In this document: positions 57,780 through 62,131 of the stretch, piece after piece
Layout of the letters: every line of letters begins with the position of its first letter
Numbering within the stretch: position 1 is the stretch's first letter
Source: an uncultured Anaerolinea sp.
Lineage (GTDB): Bacteria; Chloroflexota; Anaerolineae; Anaerolineales; UBA4823
DNA length: 62,131 nucleotides
Assembly: GCA_964416275.1 (NCBI GenBank)
Contig: CAYQDU010000003.1
Coordinates: 1 to 62,131, forward strand
Direction: 5' to 3'
Notes under the pieces: generated by a model
What the model saw: the letters and a program-made list of their open reading frames with translations, nothing else
Told to the model about the DNA's origin: nothing
The model's database searches: none
Position numbers and translations under genes: made by a program

Positions 57780-59162
57780 TCAGTTTTTTTCGCAGCTTTG
57801 CGGGGCCAGCGGCAGCCAGACGCAGAAGGTAGCGCCGTGTTCCGATGAAGAGACTTCTACCTGCCCACCGTGATTGCGCACGATCCAGTAGGCAATCGAC
57901 AGTCCCAGGCCGAAGCCTTTGCCTTCACGCGTGCGGGTGCGCGATTTTTCGCCCCGGTAGAAGCGCTCGAAGATATGGGGCAGGTCCTCGGCCGGGATGC
58001 CCGGCCCGTTATCGCTGACGGTCACCCGGCCGCGCTCATTCTCTTTCCCCACGCTTACGATCACTTCACCGCCCAGCGGGGTGTATTTGATGGCATTGCC
58101 GATCAGGTTGACCAGCACCTGTTTGAGGCGATCTTTGTCGCCGCATACCTGCACTTGGTCGAAGTCGCCCAGTTTGAGCGTCAGGCGGTCTTTTGCCAGG
58201 ACGCGCATTTGCTTCAATACTTCCAGAACGATTGAATCCAGCTCGACCACTTCATTCGCCAGGGGCAGCTTGCCCGATTCGGCCTGCGCCAGCAGCAGCA
58301 GATCGCCCACCAGGCGGGTGAGGCGGTCGGTCTCGCTTTCGATGCTGTCCATCGACTCTACGTCGGCGCAGTTCATGCGCCGCATCAGGTCGACGTTGCC
58401 TTTGATGACGGTGAGCGGTGTGCGCAGTTCGTGGCCCACGTCGGTCAGGAAGCGGCGCTGGGTGTTGAACAGGTTTTCCAGGCGGCCCAGGGTCTGGTTG
58501 AATGCGGTAATCAACTGGCCCACTTCATCGTCAGGCGGGCCGCTGTAGGGGATGCGCCGCGATAGGTCGTCGGCATGGGTAATTTGCAGGGCGGTCTGGG
58601 TTACGGCCTCCAATGGGGAGAGCGCCTGGTAGGTGCTGTACCAGCCGGCTACCCCGGCGATTAACATCGAGACCGCCGCGCCGATGAACAGGACAATCAG
58701 CAGCACGCTCTGCGTCGTCTTGAGGCTCGACAGGCCGATTCCGATTTGCAAAATGCCCACTACCCGGCGGGTATTGCTGTAGACCATCGGCACCGTCAGG
58801 ACGCGCATGGGGATGTCTCCCACCACCACATCGCGATAGACAGTGCGCCCCAGGCGCAGGCCCAGGGTGTCGAGCGGGGCGGTGTAGCCGGTCATGTTTT
58901 GGGAGTTGGATACGATGCGCTGGTCGCGGCTCCAGACCTGGATGAAAACGTCGCTGAACTGATCTAATTCGGGGATGCTGGTCACGCCCATATCGCCGGC
59001 GCGCACCCGGCTGAGGATCAGGCCGGCGGTCCATTCCAGCCTGGCGTCAACCTGGTTGGTTAGCGTAACGCTGACCGCCACGTAGACGGCCATGCCAAAC
59101 AAGAACAGGATGCCACCGACAATGGAAGTGTAGAGCAACGCCAGGCGGGCGCGCAAGGACAT
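57780..59162 (-). CDS. HAMP-domain sensor histidine kinase
   Basis: Two TM helices, HAMP (DEVGQLITAFNQTL), H-box DVGHELRTPL, N-box NLIGNAIKY, G1 DNGPGI, FERFYR, G2 GFGLGL. Confidence 0.95.
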   Translation of the reverse strand: MSLRARLALLYTSIVGGILFLFGMAVYVAVSVTLTNQVDARLEWTAGLILSRVRAGDMGVTSIPELDQFSDVFIQVWSRDQRIVSNSQNMTGYTAPLDTLGLRLGRTVYRDVVVGDIPMRVLTVPMVYSNTRRVVGILQIGIGLSSLKTTQSVLLIVLFIGAAVSMLIAGVAGWYSTYQALSPLEAVTQTALQITHADDLSRRIPYSGPPDDEVGQLITAFNQTLGRLENLFNTQRRFLTDVGHELRTPLTVIKGNVDLMRRMNCADVESMDSIESETDRLTRLVGDLLLLAQAESGKLPLANEVVELDSIVLEVLKQMRVLAKDRLTLKLGDFDQVQVCGDKDRLKQVLVNLIGNAIKYTPLGGEVIVSVGKENERGRVTVSDNGPGIPAEDLPHIFERFYRGEKSRTRTREGKGFGLGLSIAYWIVRNHGGQVEVSSSEHGATFCVWLPLAPQSCEKN

Positions 59163-59180
59163 ACGGGTTTCCTGGCCGGG

Positions 59181-59858
59181 CTAGGCGGCTTCGCGCAGCA
59201 CGTAGCCCATCCCGCGTACGGTATGGATCAGCCGCTGCTCGTTCTCCGACTCCAGCTTCTGGCGTAAATAGCGGATATAGACTTCAATGATGTTGCTCTC
59301 GCCGCCGAAATCATAGCCCCACACCCGGTCGAAGATCATGTCGCGGGTCAATACCTGGCGGGGATGACGCAGGAACAACTCCAGCAGTTCGTATTCTTTG
59401 GCGGTCAGCGAGATCATGCGCTCGCCGCGCGAGGCCATGCGGGTGCCGGTGTCGAGGGTCAGGTCGGCAAAACGCAAGACCTGGGGGCGGCTAGGTTGCG
59501 CCCGGCGCAGCAAGGCCCGGATGCGGGCCAGCAGCTCATCCAGGTTGAAGGGTTTGACCATGTAGTCGTCGGCGCCCATATCCAGGCCTTGGATGCGGTC
59601 GTTCACGGTGTCTTTGGCGGTCAGGATCAGGATTGGAACCGGTCCGCCGGCGCGCAGGCGGCGGCAGACTTCCAGGCCATCCATGCCGGGCAGCATCAGA
59701 TCCAGCACCACCAGATCGGGCGGGTTATCGCGAGCCAGGGTCAGCCCCGACGGGCCATCAACGGCGGTATCGACCTGATAGCCGTCATAAGCCAGCCCCC
59801 GGCGCAGAAACTTGAGAATTGCCTCATCGTCTTCAATGATCAAGATCCTCGCGCTCAT
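59181..59858 (-). CDS. OmpR/MprA-family response regulator
   Basis: [61 protein letters not shown]. Confidence 0.95.
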   Translation of the reverse strand: MSARILIIEDDEAILKFLRRGLAYDGYQVDTAVDGPSGLTLARDNPPDLVVLDLMLPGMDGLEVCRRLRAGGPVPILILTAKDTVNDRIQGLDMGADDYMVKPFNLDELLARIRALLRRAQPSRPQVLRFADLTLDTGTRMASRGERMISLTAKEYELLELFLRHPRQVLTRDMIFDRVWGYDFGGESNIIEVYIRYLRQKLESENEQRLIHTVRGMGYVLREAA

Positions 59859-60011
59859 AAGCCCTCCAGAATTGTTTTTAATATACCACAGGCTTAGAAA
59901 AAATTAAGAGAAGTTTTTGTCGGCCAGAACTTGCCTCTTGCGCAGCCTCTCTTATTTGATCTTTCCATCCTTAACATCGGTAGGGGCGGGTTTCACGAAC
60001 TTCAAAAATAG

Positions 60012-60036
60012 AAAAAATTCCCGCCTTCGGCGGAAG
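60012..60036 (+). repeat. R5 module (AAATTCCCGCCTTCGGCGGAAG)
   Basis: Matches 4430-4452 and, in reverse, 46923-46942. A GTAGGGGCGGGTTT half-REP lies just upstream at ~59980. Confidence 0.65.
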
Positions 60037-60045
60037 AGCCTTAAA

Positions 60046-60080
60046 TAAAAAACGGGCCGGTTACACCGGCCCGTTTTTTA
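60046..60080. terminator. Intrinsic terminator of the rplJL operon (symmetric A/T tracts)
   Basis: TAAAAAACGGGCCGGT-TAC-ACCGGCCCGTTTTTTA, 10 nt past the rplL stop. Confidence 0.9.
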
Positions 60081-60090
60081 TCCTTAAAAA

Positions 60091-60474
60091 CTAGGCAACT
60101 TCGACCACGGCGCCAGCGGCTTCCAGCTTGCCCTTGGCGTCGGCGGCGGCTTCCTTGCTCACGGCCTCCAGCACTTTGCTGCCGGCGGTCTCGGCCACAT
60201 CCTTGGCCTCCTTCAGGCCCAGGTTGGTGAGCTGGCGGATGGTCTTGATGACCTCGATCTTCTTGGGGCCGGCGTCTTTGATGATGACGTCGAACTCGGT
60301 CTTCTCTTCGACCGGCTCAGCGGCGGCGGCGGGGCCGGCGGCGGGCATAGCGGCCATCGCCACCGGAGCGGCGGCGGAAACGCCCCAGGTCTCTTCCAGC
60401 TTCTTTACCAGTTGCGCAGCCTCGAGAACGGACAGCTTGCCCAGTTCCTCAACGAGTTTTTCCAGATCAGCCAT
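60091..60474 (-). CDS. rplL: 50S ribosomal protein L7/L12
   Basis: [57 protein letters not shown]. Confidence 0.98.
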   Translation of the reverse strand: MADLEKLVEELGKLSVLEAAQLVKKLEETWGVSAAAPVAMAAMPAAGPAAAAEPVEEKTEFDVIIKDAGPKKIEVIKTIRQLTNLGLKEAKDVAETAGSKVLEAVSKEAAADAKGKLEAAGAVVEVA

Positions 60475-60627
60475 TGTAATACTCCTTCTTTCTTCCTGAA
60501 ACCGCAGGGTTTCTGCGGGGGTTTTGTCTTCGGTCTAATCAACTTCATTCACGCAGCGGGCCAGGCGGTCGGCCTGCTCAATGCGCTCGAGACGCACTCC
60601 CAACTGCGCCACGGGGCCGAGGTTCGG

Positions 60628-61164
60628 CTAGGCGGCCGCGGGGGCGGCGTCTTTATCGGCAAAAGCCTGCAATACGGCCGCGATCTGGCGGCCCGGCTCG
60701 GCCAGGGTGCGGACGAGCTTGCTGGCCGGGGCGTTTAACACGCCCAGCAGCTGGGCTCGCATGACCGGCAGCGGCGGCAGATCGGCCAGGGCCTGTACGT
60801 CGCGCGCTTCGATCGGCCGGCGGTCGAGATAGCCGCCTTTGACCTTGACGAACTCGGACTTGTTCGAGTATTCCGAGATCACCTTTGCCATTTCGGCCGC
60901 GCTGCGGAATGCAAACACCACCGCGGTGCTGCCTTCGAGCTGCTTTTCGTTGATGGGCATGCCGGCCTGTTCCAGCGCAACCCGCCCCAGCGTATTCTTG
61001 ACGACGTGGAATTCGCCGCCCGCCTCGCGCACCTTTGCGCGCAGTTCATCAATCTGCTTCATCGACAGACCGGTGTACTGGGTCAGGAACATGGCTTGAC
61101 TGCGATTTGCCCAGTCGACATACTGCTGGACCAATTCGTTCTTGCGTTCTTTCGAGATTGCCAA
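60628..61164 (-). CDS. rplJ: 50S ribosomal protein L10
   Basis: YTGLSMKQIDELRAKVR, VVKNTL, VKGGYL, LADLP, RAQLLGVLNAP. TTG start at 61164 with AAGGAGGTG ribosome-binding site. Confidence 0.96.
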   Translation of the reverse strand: MAISKERKNELVQQYVDWANRSQAMFLTQYTGLSMKQIDELRAKVREAGGEFHVVKNTLGRVALEQAGMPINEKQLEGSTAVVFAFRSAAEMAKVISEYSNKSEFVKVKGGYLDRRPIEARDVQALADLPPLPVMRAQLLGVLNAPASKLVRTLAEPGRQIAAVLQAFADKDAAPAAA

Positions 61165-61185
61165 AGTAGTTTCACCTCCTTCCAA

Positions 61186-61325
61186 ATAAAAAGTCTTTGC
61201 CTCGCATCGTCGGCAAAGACCTTTCGCCTGTACAGGCGACTCAGGAGGAAACTCTCTGAGGATTGGGTCTTCACCTCGGCAGGGGATTAAGCATCTCTAG
61301 GAGTGCGCCTGCTGTCTCTGGCGAA
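61186..61325 (-). ncRNA. L10 (rplJ) leader, autogenous ribosomal-protein regulatory RNA, ending in a terminator-like hairpin
   Basis: Minus strand CCAGAGACAGCAGG...CTTAAT..CCTGCCGAGGT resembles the L10-leader core (CCGAAGACxGxAGG...UUAA...CCUxCxGAGG); then GTCTTTGCC-loop-GGCAAAGAC-TTTTT just before the rplJ ribosome-binding site. Confidence 0.8.
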
Positions 61326-61351
61326 GCGAGTTATTCACTTGTTTGGGCGAA

Positions 61352-61390
61352 CTTTACAAGCCGCGCCCGCGCCGGGCGCGGCTTGTAAAG
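61352..61390. terminator. Perfect 18-bp hairpin at the rplA 3' end
   Basis: CTTTACAAGCCGCGCCCG-CGC-CGGGCGCGGCTTGTAAAG, 4 nt from the rplA stop; no clear U tract. Confidence 0.5.
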
Positions 61391-61394
61391 GAGC

Positions 61395-62114
61395 TTACTC
61401 TTTGATTTCCATCGCCTGCGACAGGTTGGGGTCAACCCGTACACCGGGGCCCATCGTCGAGGTCAGGGTAACTTTCTTGATGTACGTACCCTTGGCGGCT
61501 GCGGGGCGGGCTTTCTTCACCGCTTCCATCAGGGCAGCCAGGTTTTCGTACAGCTTCTTGTGTTCGAACGATACCTTGCCAAGCGGCACGTGCAGGTTGG
61601 AGGTCTTGTCGACCCGGAATTCCACCCGGCCAGCCTTGGATTCGTTCACCACGCGGGCGATGTCTTCGGGGGGGATGACGGTACCGGCCTTGGGGCTGGG
61701 CATCAGGCCACGCGGGCCTAAGATGCGGCCCAGGCGACCGACCTTACCCATCATATCGGGGGTAGCGATGGCAACGTCGAAGTCGGTCCAACCACCCTGG
61801 ATGCGAGTGATGATCTCGTCATCGTCGGCCACGTAGTCGGCCCCGGCTTCGCGGGCTGCGGTCGCGCCAGCGCCCTGGGCAAATACCAGGACGCGCACCG
61901 TCTTGCCCAGGCCGTGCGGCAGCACGACTACATCGCGCACCTGCTGATCGGCGTGGCGGGGATCAACCCCCAGGCGCATGTGAACTTCAACCGTGCCATC
62001 GAACTTGGTGATGGATGTGTCTTTGACCAGCGCCAGCGCTTCGGCCGGATTGTAGCTGCGATTGCGATCTACTTTCGCCGCAGCGTCTGTATATTTCTTA
62101 CCGTGTTTCGGCAT
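61395..62114 (-). CDS. rplA: 50S ribosomal protein L1
   Basis: [68 protein letters not shown]. Confidence 0.98.
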   Translation of the reverse strand: MPKHGKKYTDAAAKVDRNRSYNPAEALALVKDTSITKFDGTVEVHMRLGVDPRHADQQVRDVVVLPHGLGKTVRVLVFAQGAGATAAREAGADYVADDDEIITRIQGGWTDFDVAIATPDMMGKVGRLGRILGPRGLMPSPKAGTVIPPEDIARVVNESKAGRVEFRVDKTSNLHVPLGKVSFEHKKLYENLAALMEAVKKARPAAAKGTYIKKVTLTSTMGPGVRVDPNLSQAMEIKE

Positions 62115-62131
62115 CTTAACTCCTTTGTGGT

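Noticed and set aside
62115-62131. L1-binding regulatory element ahead of rplA (…ACCACAAAGGAG)
   Set aside because: Only a 17-nt fragment lies inside the window; it cannot be supported without the upstream sequence.

Overview
High-GC chromosomal window, probably from a Chloroflexota (Anaerolineae-like) bacterium; the taxon is inferred from gene content, not from a search. Left to right: (1) partial rho, a LOG-family gene, nfi and pgm. (2) A 21-kb surface-protein locus: a membrane-anchored SurA-N/TlpA(CxxC) fusion, a 5283-aa secreted DUF11-repeat protein, a secreted gingipain/PorU-like C25 peptidase with an intact His-Cys dyad, and a secreted Pro/Thr/Glu-stalk protein. The giant protein and the peptidase end in the same YLPVxx(R) motif and have no other recognisable anchor. 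(3) A ~11-kb corrinoid demethylation cluster with four pyrrolysine-free MttB-family methyltransferases interleaved with an S9 peptidase and an M20 amidohydrolase, plus a corrinoid protein, a GntR regulator and an MFS transporter. (4) A Wzx flippase, a two-module NRPS (A-T-C-A-T-TE) and a GT4 glycosyltransferase, arranged like one operon. (5) GNAT, then nurA / HAS-barrel-only gene / herA, ferritin, DinB, a 2Fe-2S thioredoxin-like protein, Nudix and HIT. (6) Two overlapping, near-consensus divergent sigma70 promoters carrying two LexA-like boxes, driving a membrane protein and a lytic transglycosylase. (7) A two-component system and rplL-rplJ-(L10 leader)-rplA. Most intergenic gaps hold mosaics of a modular palindromic (REP/BIME/MITE-like) repeat family. 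No CRISPR array, tRNA, rRNA or transposase was seen. The best candidates for undescribed systems are the putative PorU-like/YLP surface-sorting locus, the flippase-NRPS-GT cassette, the MttB-peptidase cluster and the SOS-like divergent gene pair.
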